Positions 6,651-15,831 of a DNA stretch of 25,297 nt are shown here, in pieces; position 1 is the stretch's first letter, and the number at the start of each line of letters is the position of its first letter. This DNA is from a virus (lineage: Duplodnaviria; Caudoviricetes), in the IMG/VR virus record IMGVR_UViG_3300038492_000162, positions 1 to 25,297 of that record; one strand, written 5' to 3'. Below the pieces are notes generated by a model. It worked only from the letters and a program-made list of their open reading frames with translations. It was not told the origin of the DNA and searched no databases. The translations under genes and the position numbers were made by a program.

Positions 6651-6841
6651 TCTTTTGGGTGTGGTACGCGTTTCTGTGGTTCGGACAGCGCAAAAAAATC
6701 CTGAGATGGTGGGGCGGAAATCCAGATTTTGACCATAGCAAAATGACCAATCGGCATTTGCGTTCGCTTGTTGAGCTTGGCAAGCATAGAATAGAGACAC
6801 AGCTGGGGTTGCCGGGATTGCTGCGGAGCTTTGAAAAATGA
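6647..6841 (+). CDS. Hypothetical protein
   Basis: GGAGGT SD, GTGA overlap start, ATGA overlap end. Confidence 0.55.
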   Translation: MIFWVWYAFLWFGQRKKILRWWGGNPDFDHSKMTNRHLRSLVELGKHRIETQLGLPGLLRSFEK

Positions 6842-7041
6842 AGCTCGCCAGGCACGGCAGCTTAATCTGCCCACATTGCAATTGCGTTCTCACCATCAGA
6901 AGAAGAGACGGAAAGGCTGGAGAGATATACGATTTCAAAGATGGCTCCGATCATTGTTATGTTTGCGAAACGCAGCGATGCGAGATTTATGGGGTTAAGT
7001 ATAAGATCCCCACAGTAAAACTAGAGCGGGTAATTGAATAA
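6838..7041 (+). CDS. Small Zn-ribbon protein
   Basis: CPHC...CYVC. Confidence 0.65.
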   Translation: MKLARHGSLICPHCNCVLTIRRRDGKAGEIYDFKDGSDHCYVCETQRCEIYGVKYKIPTVKLERVIE

Positions 7042-7503
7042 ATGGCCCGCCCACTAAAATACAAAAAACCTTCCGATCTCAAGAAGGACTTCACAGCGTA
7101 CAAGAAAAAATGCGCAGAGAACACCCGTGAAGTCGTACTGCAAAAAGCGGGTGTCGTTCTTGAAGTCAAATCCCCCCTTCCAATCAACAAGATTGGCTTC
7201 TGCGCCTTTGCAGGCATCACCGCGCAAACTCTCAGAAACTACAAAGAGAAAAGTGACGGCTTCAGAGATCTTATTCGGCAGATCGAAACCGAATGCGAAG
7301 CCGACCTTGTGGAAGGCATACTGACAGGACGTTACGTCTGCCCCGCCGGTATTTTCACCTTGAAAAACCACCACAACTACGTTGACAAGAAAGAAATAGA
7401 CTTTAATGCAGTCGATCGAAACCTTGCTGGACTCCTTCACGGATTCGCAAACCGAAGATCTATTGAAGGAGGCTCTAAGCTGGCCGGAGCTGGAAAGGGC
7501 TAG
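7042..7503 (+). CDS. terS: Terminase small subunit (P22 gp3-like DNA-packaging protein)
   Basis: MARPLKYK...PINKIGFCAFAGITAQTLRNY...GIFTLKNHHNYVDKKE, directly upstream of terL. Confidence 0.88.
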   Translation: MARPLKYKKPSDLKKDFTAYKKKCAENTREVVLQKAGVVLEVKSPLPINKIGFCAFAGITAQTLRNYKEKSDGFRDLIRQIETECEADLVEGILTGRYVCPAGIFTLKNHHNYVDKKEIDFNAVDRNLAGLLHGFANRRSIEGGSKLAGAGKG

Positions 7504-9079
7504 GCTTGTCAAGATTGTCCAGGACCGAATAGAGGCATCAGATAGGTCTTGGATTCCCGAGTACGTCCCCGATAATGAATTTCAGCGCATGTGGCAAGTC
7601 TGCATGGCTGACATTGCTTTTTTCGGCGGCGCTGCTGGTACAGGGAAGACTTTCTATGGCATCCTTAACGCCCTTGCCAATCACACGAACACCCTTGCTC
7701 TCAGGGCGCGATTTAAAGACCTGCGCGGCCCCGAAGGACTTATTGACGGCTTCAAAAAGCAGATAGGCAAAAACGGAAGCTGGAACGGCTCAGATCACCA
7801 ATTTACGCTCAATGATGGCCGTATCATATCGCTTGCTGGCGCTGACGATCCAGGCAAGCACCAGGGGAAGCCATACGACCTTATTTGGGCTGACGAGCTG
7901 GCGCAGATCCCGCAGGCATTTATCGAGCAAGCCTTGGGGTGGAACAGAACGACCGTGCCTGGCCAGCGCTGTAGATTTATCGGGACAGGTAACCCGCCCT
8001 TGCGCCCCGAAGAAGAGTGGGTGATAGATTTCTTTTCTCCCTGGCTCGATGAAGAGCACCCCAATCCAGCAAAGCCGGGTGAGCTGCGCTGGTTTTTCCC
8101 TAAAGAGAAGGGCGGTGGCTACAAGGAAGTAGATGAAGGTTATTACGAAGATCGGTGGCACGGAAGGGAGAAAATACGGGTCTACGCCAAGAGCAGGACT
8201 TTCATTCCCGGCCGCATGGTTTCACATCTCCTGGACACGGGATATTTTCAGCAGCTATCGAATGCGCCGGCGCCATTGCGCGCAAAGCTACTTGAAGGTG
8301 ATTTTAAGACAAAGCTCGAAGACGACTTCTGGCGAGTCATTAAGCCGTCGGCGGTAGAAGCCGCCATGAGAAGATGGAAGGAAACCGAAGAGCCAAAATA
8401 TCCTATCACACATGCAGGCACCGATATAAGCTTTGGCGGCACGAATGACACGGTGCAGGGTCGGCGCAAAGGTCCGTATTTTCTTGAGCAAAAGGTAAAG
8501 CCGGGCCGAGAAATAACGTCAGACGAAGTCCTTGTTGACTTCATGCTCGAAGGGACCGAGCCTGAGACGATGCACAGTTACGACGCAATCGGCGTCGGAA
8601 AGGTTGCTCAGAGCGAGCTAAAGCGCCGGGAGATCACAGCAAACCCCATAAACTCAGCAGTGGCACTGTCGGACGAAACGGACGCAAGCGGCAAGTTTAC
8701 CCTTATCAACGAGCGGGCACGCCTTTGGTGGAGATTCAAGGAAGCCCTGGAAGATCCAGATTCTGAAATATGCTTGCCGCCCGACAGGCAGCTTAAAAAC
8801 CAGCTCTGCCTACCTACCTGGCGCCTGACGCCCCGTGGGATAGCTGTTGAAAAGAAAGAAGATATCATAGCAAGATTAATTAAAAGTGGGCATTTAAGGG
8901 CAGGGGAAAGTATTGACAAAGGTGATTGTGCTATTTATACTTTCAATGGCGGCGACGTGCCCTTCAAGATAGGCAGGGCCTACACGAAGAGCGCGAAGCG
9001 CAAAGACAAGAAGAAAGTCGCCGATCCAGACGTGAAAATCGATCACTCGGGCGGTGATGTAATGTCACAGGAGTTTTGA
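7406..9079 (+). CDS. terL: Terminase large subunit
   Basis: Walker A GGAAGTGKT, Walker B LIWADE, motif C TGNP, RNase H-like nuclease GTDISFGGTND / DAIGVG / SIDKGD. Confidence 0.96.
   Translation: MQSIETLLDSFTDSQTEDLLKEALSWPELERARLVKIVQDRIEASDRSWIPEYVPDNEFQRMWQVCMADIAFFGGAAGTGKTFYGILNALANHTNTLALRARFKDLRGPEGLIDGFKKQIGKNGSWNGSDHQFTLNDGRIISLAGADDPGKHQGKPYDLIWADELAQIPQAFIEQALGWNRTTVPGQRCRFIGTGNPPLRPEEEWVIDFFSPWLDEEHPNPAKPGELRWFFPKEKGGGYKEVDEGYYEDRWHGREKIRVYAKSRTFIPGRMVSHLLDTGYFQQLSNAPAPLRAKLLEGDFKTKLEDDFWRVIKPSAVEAAMRRWKETEEPKYPITHAGTDISFGGTNDTVQGRRKGPYFLEQKVKPGREITSDEVLVDFMLEGTEPETMHSYDAIGVGKVAQSELKRREITANPINSAVALSDETDASGKFTLINERARLWWRFKEALEDPDSEICLPPDRQLKNQLCLPTWRLTPRGIAVEKKEDIIARLIKSGHLRAGESIDKGDCAIYTFNGGDVPFKIGRAYTKSAKRKDKKKVADPDVKIDHSGGDVMSQEF
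8913..8941 (+). promoter_or_regulatory. Near-consensus sigma70 promoter inside the terL 3' end
   Basis: TTGACA (8913-8918), 17 nt, TATACT (8936-8941). AT-rich tract AAGATTAATTAAAA upstream. Confidence 0.7.
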
Positions 9080-9081
9080 CG

Positions 9082-11232
9082 ATGGAAAAGCAAGCCTTTT
9101 GGCGGCGCGCGGTGTCTGCGGTGACTTCTGCGCTCAGTCAATCGCAAGGTGCGAGCGGCACAGAGATACACGCGGGATGGATTCACGACGAAGACCACAA
9201 TACGGAATGGCAGGACGAAAGGGTTGCTGAGAATGTAGACTTGATGCTCAAGACCGATCCGCTCATCAAGGCGAGTATGTCGAGCTTTAAGCTGCCGATT
9301 TTGGCGGGAGAGTTTCAGATTAAGCCTGCATCCGATCAGCCCATAGATATTGAAATTGCTGAGTTTGTAGAGAAAAACTTACTTAAAAACGATCGCTTTT
9401 CTTGGGGTGATTCGGTCAGGCAACAACTCACCTACCTTGACTACGGCTACTCAGTTTTTAGTAAGAAATATGAGCTTAGGGAAGACGGAAAGTTCTGGCT
9501 CGAAAAGCTGGACATGAGAAAGCCCGCCACGATCGAGCGCTTTTATCCAGATGAAGACGGCGACCTATTCCAGATTGGGCAATTTGCATACGATTGGGTC
9601 AGTGAAAACTTTAGAGACTACCGGCTCGACGCACCGCTTGTTCTTCTTCTCACAAATGAACGCATTGGGAACAACTACAAAGGCGTTTCTATTCTCAGGT
9701 CGGCTTACAGGTCTTTCAAGCTCAAGTCTCTGCTGATGAAGCTTGATGCCGCAGCCTTTGAGCGCTTCCACATTGGAACGCCGCGTGGAAAGATTAGCAA
9801 GTCAGGCACAGAAAACGAGCTAATGGCGGCCCTGGCGAGCATCAGAAGCCACGAAAAGGGCTACGTGATGCACTCGAACGAATATGAGATCGACATACTT
9901 CGGGGCGACACACAAAGCGACATCCTTCAATCAATCGACTATCACAACCGAGAGATGAATACAAGTCTGCAACGGGACTTTATGAGCCTGGGCAGCAAGG
10001 GCGAAGGCTCTCTTGCCCTTGGAAAAGCTCAGATGGGGCAATTCTATGACGCGATCGCATCGGTAGGATCTAAGCTTGAAGACGTGTGGAATCACGGTGA
10101 CGAGAAGATGCACCACATCAAGCAGATCGTGGACGAGAATTACCCGAACGTCGATGAATACCCGAGACTCAAGGTCATGCCAAAGGTGATCAATAAGATT
10201 ATCGAGGTATTGTCAGAGCTCGGAAATCTGGCGACCGCCGGCCTTCTCACTGCAGACGACCAAACCGAAAACGCTATCAGGAAAAGCCTTGATGTTCCCG
10301 AGATAGAAGAAGATGGAACGCGGGTCAGGGCAATCTCGCAAGGATTGGCGCCGCAAGTGACCACCGAAGGAGATCCGCAGGCGCGGACCAATGTCGGTCA
10401 GTACAGCGCCAGGACCAAGAAGAGCAAGTCACGATCTCAGCGCGTCTCCAAGACCGTTCTCGAATTCGAAAAGACCGTGATGAATGTTGACGGCATACGA
10501 TCCAGGCTAAACAAATCAAAAGACGATCTGCGCGCCAATGTCGGCGAAGTCATGGATGCAACCGAGAAATCTCTTGTTGATGCTGGCCTGCGCATCTTTA
10601 CCAACGCGGATAGCTTGCAGGATGTCATTGAGAAAACAGAAAAGTTTGTCCCGCCTGGTCGCGGTAAGCTTACGGCTATGGTCACAAAGGAAGGTCAAGA
10701 GCTGTTTGACTACGGCATCGATCAGATGCGGCGAGAGCTCAGAAAACAGGGTGTTGATCTATCTGTGAAGTCGGGCGTAAGCGACCCGCTTATTGAAGAT
10801 CAGACAGAAGCCCGGCGGTCTATCCGGCAGAGCGTAAAGCAAAAGACCCAAGCTTTTTTCGACAAGATCATGGGGCAGTGGAAGTCTTCTATCATTTCCA
10901 TGTGGAAGGCAGGTGACTTCTCGACCGAGACTTTGCGCGAGAGCATTCAGCGCATTAGTCGCAACCGCGTTGTCGCAGAGCTTGGCGGGTCTCTCAATGA
11001 GTCCTTCGGCCTTGGGCGAAACTCCGAAATGGTCAAGATCGAAAAAAAGCACGACGTCCGCATGTTTAGGTCCGAAGTGTTGGACGAGCATATCTGTGGA
11101 CCATGCATTGAAGTTGATGGCATGGAGTTTTCTAAAACAGACCCTATCTTTACGTCGTTTGCCAATGGGCCATATACTCGATGTGAAGGGCGGGATAATT
11201 GCCGGGGCGTAAATATCGTGGTGGTTGATTGA
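9082..11232 (+). CDS. Portal protein (DUF935/Mu gp29-like) fused to a C-terminal minor head (Mu gpF/SPP1 gp7-like) domain
   Basis: Follows terL with an AGGAG SD. Portal-like LDYGYSVF / GNNYKGVSILR / ERFHIGTP / YPRL. C-terminal SEVLDEHICGPC...DG...CEGRDNCRG. Confidence 0.88.
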   Translation: MEKQAFWRRAVSAVTSALSQSQGASGTEIHAGWIHDEDHNTEWQDERVAENVDLMLKTDPLIKASMSSFKLPILAGEFQIKPASDQPIDIEIAEFVEKNLLKNDRFSWGDSVRQQLTYLDYGYSVFSKKYELREDGKFWLEKLDMRKPATIERFYPDEDGDLFQIGQFAYDWVSENFRDYRLDAPLVLLLTNERIGNNYKGVSILRSAYRSFKLKSLLMKLDAAAFERFHIGTPRGKISKSGTENELMAALASIRSHEKGYVMHSNEYEIDILRGDTQSDILQSIDYHNREMNTSLQRDFMSLGSKGEGSLALGKAQMGQFYDAIASVGSKLEDVWNHGDEKMHHIKQIVDENYPNVDEYPRLKVMPKVINKIIEVLSELGNLATAGLLTADDQTENAIRKSLDVPEIEEDGTRVRAISQGLAPQVTTEGDPQARTNVGQYSARTKKSKSRSQRVSKTVLEFEKTVMNVDGIRSRLNKSKDDLRANVGEVMDATEKSLVDAGLRIFTNADSLQDVIEKTEKFVPPGRGKLTAMVTKEGQELFDYGIDQMRRELRKQGVDLSVKSGVSDPLIEDQTEARRSIRQSVKQKTQAFFDKIMGQWKSSIISMWKAGDFSTETLRESIQRISRNRVVAELGGSLNESFGLGRNSEMVKIEKKHDVRMFRSEVLDEHICGPCIEVDGMEFSKTDPIFTSFANGPYTRCEGRDNCRGVNIVVVD

Positions 11233-11471
11233 GCTCAAAAGATAGGCACTGCTTCTGCCCGCGATGCCGCAAAATTGTAGGCTACGTGTGCGGAGAAACG
11301 GAGCTGATTAAGGTTGAAATCAAGACCGGCGGCGGCAAAAACAGACAGAAGCCGCCGGTCTGCTGGTTTATTCGATCGGCTCACGTTATTTGTGCCTGCG
11401 GCGCGTCCTTGGCGCTTGTAGATGGGGTGCTCGAAGAAAAGAACCCGCAATATGCTGACGTGGTTGCATAA
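11229..11471 (+). CDS. Zn-finger protein, Mu Com-like
   Basis: CPRCRKIVG...HVICACG; 80 aa; TTGA overlap with the portal stop. Confidence 0.6.
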   Translation: MSSKDRHCFCPRCRKIVGYVCGETELIKVEIKTGGGKNRQKPPVCWFIRSAHVICACGASLALVDGVLEEKNPQYADVVA

Positions 11472-11535
11472 ATTTTTCTTGCGCATTTGCTAAAAAATGC
11501 AGTTAATAAAGGGCACTTGATTCTGCGGTATCATG

Positions 11536-11576
11536 CGTACGGCCTTGTCCGTCTTTTGATCAGACAAGGCTGTACG
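11536..11576 (+). promoter_or_regulatory. 14-bp hairpin occluding the protease translation initiation region
   Basis: CGTACGGCCTTGTC pairs with GACAAGGCTGTACG (one G-U) and ends 2 nt before ATG 11579. Confidence 0.6.
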
Positions 11577-11578
11577 AC

Positions 11579-12778
11579 ATGCCAGACCTGCAAATTATCG
11601 ACGAAATAGGCTACCAAACAGGCACCGTTAAATCGGTGAGTGATTTTCTTAAGAATCACAAAGCGCAAAAGGTAGTCGTTCAGATCAACTCCCCCGGCGG
11701 CGACGTCTTTGAAGGCATCGCCATTTACAACCTTCTCAAATCTTCCCCCAAAACAATTCACGTTGAAATCCTTGGCCTTGCTGCATCGGCGGCTAGTCTT
11801 ATTTCTATGGCTGGCGACACGGTGTCTATGGCGAAATCTGCTCTTTTCATGATTCACAACCCGTGGACCTTCGCGGGCGGCGATGAAAACGACCTGCAAA
11901 AGACTGCGGACAGGCTCAAGAAAATCAAGACACAGATGCTTGGCATCTATACGGGCAAGACTGGCTTGAGCGAAGATGAAATTGAGTCGATGCTTGACGA
12001 CGAAACCTGGATGTCGTCCGAAGAAGCCAAGGCAAAAGGCTTCATTGACAAAGAAATGAACTCAGCAGGGAGTGTTATTTACAACTCTGCTGGTTTAGAT
12101 AAATTCAAATACAAAAAAGTGCCTGAGACAATCACAGGAAACAACGCAATGAACGAAAAAATTAAAGCGCTGTTGGGCGTACAAGACGACGAACAGGTTG
12201 TCCAGGCGCTTCAAGCGAAACTTGACGAGCTGAAGACGGCAAACTCGACCATCTCCACCCTCGAAGATAAGGTTGAAGCGCTTGAGAATGCCGATGACGA
12301 TTCGGGCAAGCTCAAGGCGATGCTGGCCGAGCGGGACAAAAAGATTGCCACGCTCAACAAAGCTCATGAAGGAACGCAAAGGCAGCTCAAGGCATTCGCC
12401 GAAGAGCGCGCGAAAGAAGCAAAATCTAAGGTTGAAGCCAAGATCGAAGATCTGAAAAAACGCGGCTACATCAACGCGGCTATGGGCGAGAGCCTTTTAG
12501 CCATGTATGACGGCCACGGACAGGAAGCTTTTGATCTCCAGGTTGAAACCATTGAAGCTGGCGAGCCAGTAAAGGCGTATTTGACCGACCCGCAGGGCAC
12601 AGACGGGGACGCTCCCGCTCTGAATAGCGATCCTGTAAAGGCGTTCGATGATGCCGTACAAGCCGCCATGAAAGAAGACGATAGCCTGGATTATGAAGCT
12701 GCATCCGATCACGTTACAGCTAAGAATCCTGGCTTGTGGGAGAAGTATAACGCAGCCGTGACCAGTCAGCCGCAGTAG
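11579..12778 (+). CDS. ClpP-family (S14) prohead protease with C-terminal scaffolding domain
   Basis: INSPGGDVFEG, GLAASAAS, MIHNPW, DETWMSSEEAKAKGFID, followed by a coiled coil. Confidence 0.95.
   Translation: MPDLQIIDEIGYQTGTVKSVSDFLKNHKAQKVVVQINSPGGDVFEGIAIYNLLKSSPKTIHVEILGLAASAASLISMAGDTVSMAKSALFMIHNPWTFAGGDENDLQKTADRLKKIKTQMLGIYTGKTGLSEDEIESMLDDETWMSSEEAKAKGFIDKEMNSAGSVIYNSAGLDKFKYKKVPETITGNNAMNEKIKALLGVQDDEQVVQALQAKLDELKTANSTISTLEDKVEALENADDDSGKLKAMLAERDKKIATLNKAHEGTQRQLKAFAEERAKEAKSKVEAKIEDLKKRGYINAAMGESLLAMYDGHGQEAFDLQVETIEAGEPVKAYLTDPQGTDGDAPALNSDPVKAFDDAVQAAMKEDDSLDYEAASDHVTAKNPGLWEKYNAAVTSQPQ
12149..12778 (+). CDS. Nested in-frame scaffolding protein (putative internal start)
   Basis: AGGA (12136-12139) precedes ATG 12149 (MNEKIKALLG) at the protease/coiled-coil boundary. 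Confidence 0.55.
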   Translation: MNEKIKALLGVQDDEQVVQALQAKLDELKTANSTISTLEDKVEALENADDDSGKLKAMLAERDKKIATLNKAHEGTQRQLKAFAEERAKEAKSKVEAKIEDLKKRGYINAAMGESLLAMYDGHGQEAFDLQVETIEAGEPVKAYLTDPQGTDGDAPALNSDPVKAFDDAVQAAMKEDDSLDYEAASDHVTAKNPGLWEKYNAAVTSQPQ

Positions 12779-12836
12779 CTCCCGCACAAGGTTCTTGTCG
12801 AGAAATAAATCTTAACCCGTAACCGGAGTTTAAAAT

Positions 12837-13226
12837 ATGGCTTCCGGCGCATCCGCTGGCGTGGGCTTCGATCACAGTTACGAAGTGACCGAAAACCTGA
12901 CCAGCAACCAATATTACGTCATGAAGCGCGGTGCGAATGACGGCCAAGCTCTCCTGGCTGACACGGCCGGTGGTGTTGTCTTGGGTGTCCTGCAGGACAG
13001 CGGCCTTGACGGGTCTTCGAATGCAGAGCATGCCGCAATTCGAAATGCAGGCGAAAGCCTGTGCAAGATCGGCGGCACCGTATCTGCTGGCGATCCATTG
13101 CAAGCCGACACTGACGGAATGGCTATTGTTGCCGCGTCTGGCGATTATGTCTTTGCTCGCGCAGAGCAAGACGGCGTTGACGGCGACGTTATCCGTGTAA
13201 CTCTGACAATGGAAGGCACCTTCTAA
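12837..13226 (+). CDS. Capsid cement/decoration protein (DUF2190-like)
   Basis: GGTVSAGDPLQADTDGMA...AEQDGVDGDVIRV; GGAG SD; lies between scaffold and capsid genes. Confidence 0.8.
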   Translation: MASGASAGVGFDHSYEVTENLTSNQYYVMKRGANDGQALLADTAGGVVLGVLQDSGLDGSSNAEHAAIRNAGESLCKIGGTVSAGDPLQADTDGMAIVAASGDYVFARAEQDGVDGDVIRVTLTMEGTF

Positions 13227-13266
13227 GGGGCTGGATCTAAGGACCAATAAAAAGGGATAGCTCCCA

Positions 13267-14211
13267 ATGGCTAACAAAACAGCAAGGGCCAACCCTCTCC
13301 TTACGAGCCTTTCGTTGAAGCGGAGAACACAGGCCAAAGACTATGTCGCCAACTTCCTTGCCCCTGTCATTATGACGGGAAAGCAAAGCTTTGGTGAATA
13401 TTACGAATTTGACGACGGGGCATTCGCAAAGAACCCCGACAACCGAAAGGCAGCAGATGTGCCGAGTCGCACGATCGACATTGGCGCCAGCTTGCAGCCT
13501 TTCAAGTGCGTTGAGTATGGTTCGCGTGCTGGCTACACAAAGCGAGAGCTGGACGACTTCGGCGGTCCCGAGAACGCTTTGCAGAAAGCCAAGATGCAAG
13601 CCGTAACCGACGCTGATATGCTTGCTCATGAAGTGCGCGTTGCAACGCAGTTTACGACTTCAGGCAACTTTGCCAGTGGTCACAGTGAAACGCTCGCGGG
13701 TAGCGATATTTGGGACAACGCAAGCTCAGACCCATTTGAGCAGATCATTACTGCCAAGCAAAAAATCAAATTGGCGACAGGCTATGAGCCTAACCGTATG
13801 GTCGTTTCTTACGACGGCTTCTGGGGTGCTCTCGCCAACCACGCAGATATCAAGTCTCGCGTCCAGGCACAGCAAAAGGACACTGGCTTTCGCGCCATTA
13901 CGCCTCAGCTGGTCGGATCGCTGTTCGATGTGGATCTGCGGGTTGCTGGCGCTGTTTACAATTCAGCAAACGAAGGCCAAACGGTATCTCGTTCCTTCTG
14001 TTGGGGTGATCACGCCCTGGTCTTCTACGCTGAAGAGTCTCCAGCGAAAGATTCCTACAGCCTGGCTTACACGTTCACTTACGAAGACTTCGTGATGCGA
14101 ACGTATTTCGAAAACAGCACAAAGAAAACATGGGTGGACAACAGTCACGACGTAGATGTAAAAATCTGCGGGAATGCTGCTGGCTATCTCATTTCAAACC
14201 TTCTCACGTAG
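13267..14211 (+). CDS. Major capsid protein
   Basis: 314 aa. NPLLTSLS...YVANFLAPV...WDNASSDP...TGYEPNRMVV...ALANHADIK...AGYLISN pattern, plus position. Confidence 0.88.
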   Translation: MANKTARANPLLTSLSLKRRTQAKDYVANFLAPVIMTGKQSFGEYYEFDDGAFAKNPDNRKAADVPSRTIDIGASLQPFKCVEYGSRAGYTKRELDDFGGPENALQKAKMQAVTDADMLAHEVRVATQFTTSGNFASGHSETLAGSDIWDNASSDPFEQIITAKQKIKLATGYEPNRMVVSYDGFWGALANHADIKSRVQAQQKDTGFRAITPQLVGSLFDVDLRVAGAVYNSANEGQTVSRSFCWGDHALVFYAEESPAKDSYSLAYTFTYEDFVMRTYFENSTKKTWVDNSHDVDVKICGNAAGYLISNLLT

Positions 14212-14219
14212 GGTAGGCG

Positions 14220-14552
14220 ATGCCTAATAGTGATAATCTCTTGGTGTACAAAACGCTAAGGATGTTGAAGCACAAAAGGCACGGCTGGATTAAGGCGGGC
14301 ACGCTCGTTCGTTGCTCGCCTAAAAAGGCCTATGTCCATGTGATGCGTAGAGAGTTGATTCGCTGCACAGGCAAGCTTGATGGCGTCGGCCAGCTTTTGC
14401 GCCTTGACAGCAGCAAGGCTTTCGAAAACGCAATGGGCGAAACTGACGTGACTCAAAAGAATCGCGCGAAAAAGGCGAAGGCGAAGGCCGCGAAGCCAAA
14501 AAAGGCGAAAGTGACCGAAGAGAAGAAGGCCGCAGCAAAAGAGACTGAATAG
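14220..14552 (+). CDS. Hypothetical protein with Lys/Ala-rich tail
   Basis: Directly after the capsid gene; AKKAKAKAAKPKKAK. Confidence 0.65.
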   Translation: MPNSDNLLVYKTLRMLKHKRHGWIKAGTLVRCSPKKAYVHVMRRELIRCTGKLDGVGQLLRLDSSKAFENAMGETDVTQKNRAKKAKAKAAKPKKAKVTEEKKAAAKETE

Positions 14553-14554
14553 GC

Positions 14555-15259
14555 ATGGCTGGCGTAAACTTCCTGTACTATTGCTCTCTCCTGGATGTGA
14601 AGGATTGGCTGTTTGATCTCGACTTTGTCGATGATGATGCAGACACGCCATTTACAGACAGGAGAATACGTGGCGCAATATCTCGCTCTTATGGCGAGAT
14701 AAACGCAGCCCTGAGTGGTGCAGGATGGGATGTGCCGGTGCAGAATGCCGTGAAGTCGAATAATGTTGCTGGAATCGACGTAGACCCAGAAGCATTCGTT
14801 GAATTCGATGTCACAAGCGGAGAAGGCGTCAATTTCACGCCCGGCGTTACGCTTAGGATTCACGGCAGCGACGGCGGTCGGTACATTGACGAGTTTTCGG
14901 GCTTGGTCAAGGTTGCCACTGATACGCTGACGATTGACGGCCTTGAAGTGGCTGCGGTTGAATCGGGATCGACGATCGAAGTGTGTTCAGAAGGATTTCT
15001 TTTCCTTCGCGCTGTCAATGCTAAGGGCGGAGCTATCAATCTTCTCTCGGGAAAGGTTGTAGGGCAGTCCAAAAGCGACAACAGCAAGATATCTGCTCTG
15101 CAGTCGTCTTATGAGTCGGATCTGGAATCGATACGAGACGGCGAAGTGTCCCTTGATGGCGTCACGTCTTCTTCAGCTATCGTCAAGACCTGGCAGACGG
15201 AAAACCCGACCCATGTAGACTACGCGGATTCGTGCGTGAAAATAACGGATGAATACTAA
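14555..15259 (+). CDS. Head-tail adaptor (Mu gp36/DUF1320-like) with inserted beta domain
   Basis: YCSLLDVK...EINAALSGAGWDVPV...YESDLESIRDGEVSL. Confidence 0.7.
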   Translation: MAGVNFLYYCSLLDVKDWLFDLDFVDDDADTPFTDRRIRGAISRSYGEINAALSGAGWDVPVQNAVKSNNVAGIDVDPEAFVEFDVTSGEGVNFTPGVTLRIHGSDGGRYIDEFSGLVKVATDTLTIDGLEVAAVESGSTIEVCSEGFLFLRAVNAKGGAINLLSGKVVGQSKSDNSKISALQSSYESDLESIRDGEVSLDGVTSSSAIVKTWQTENPTHVDYADSCVKITDEY

Positions 15260-15831
15260 TGCCATTATCGGGCGTTGTCGTCACAAGCAACATTGATGTA
15301 TGGCGAAAGGCGGGCTTCGCAGCCGCGAACTATCTTTCGTCTCGCAAGCTTGTTGTCGATATCGGGCGCGTTCTTGCCGATAGGTACAGGGCGGTTCTTG
15401 CGGAGCAATTCAAGCGGCAAGGTTCGTTTGGTCGCTCTGGAAGGTGGCAAAGTTTGTCCGAGAGATACGCTGCGCGCAAAAAGGCGCTTTTCCCGGGGGC
15501 AAAGATCCTTGAAGCCCGTGGGGATTTGAAAGCGAGCTGGACGACCGAGAATAACAACATTGCGCGGGCCACGGCGAACGCAAATGGGATCCTTTTCCGT
15601 TTTGGCAGTGAAGACAAAAAGGCAGCATGGCATCAAAAGGGTTCGGCGACGAACAATCTACCAGCACGACGCCAGCTTGACTTCACTGACCAGCAGCTAA
15701 GGGGCTCTGCCCTGGCGATCGCCCGAACGATGGAGCAGGGGCTTTTCTCTCGCGTCTTTTTCGAGAGGCAGGGCCGCAACCTGCGTATCGCTGCAAGGTT
15801 TACCGGGTGGGAACAAGTTGAGTTGCCTTGA
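15259..15831 (+). CDS. Virion morphogenesis / tail completion protein (Mu gpG-like)
   Basis: FKRQG...WQSLSERY...KILEARGDLKAS...AAWHQKG...LPARRQL. Confidence 0.85.
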   Translation: MPLSGVVVTSNIDVWRKAGFAAANYLSSRKLVVDIGRVLADRYRAVLAEQFKRQGSFGRSGRWQSLSERYAARKKALFPGAKILEARGDLKASWTTENNNIARATANANGILFRFGSEDKKAAWHQKGSATNNLPARRQLDFTDQQLRGSALAIARTMEQGLFSRVFFERQGRNLRIAARFTGWEQVELP

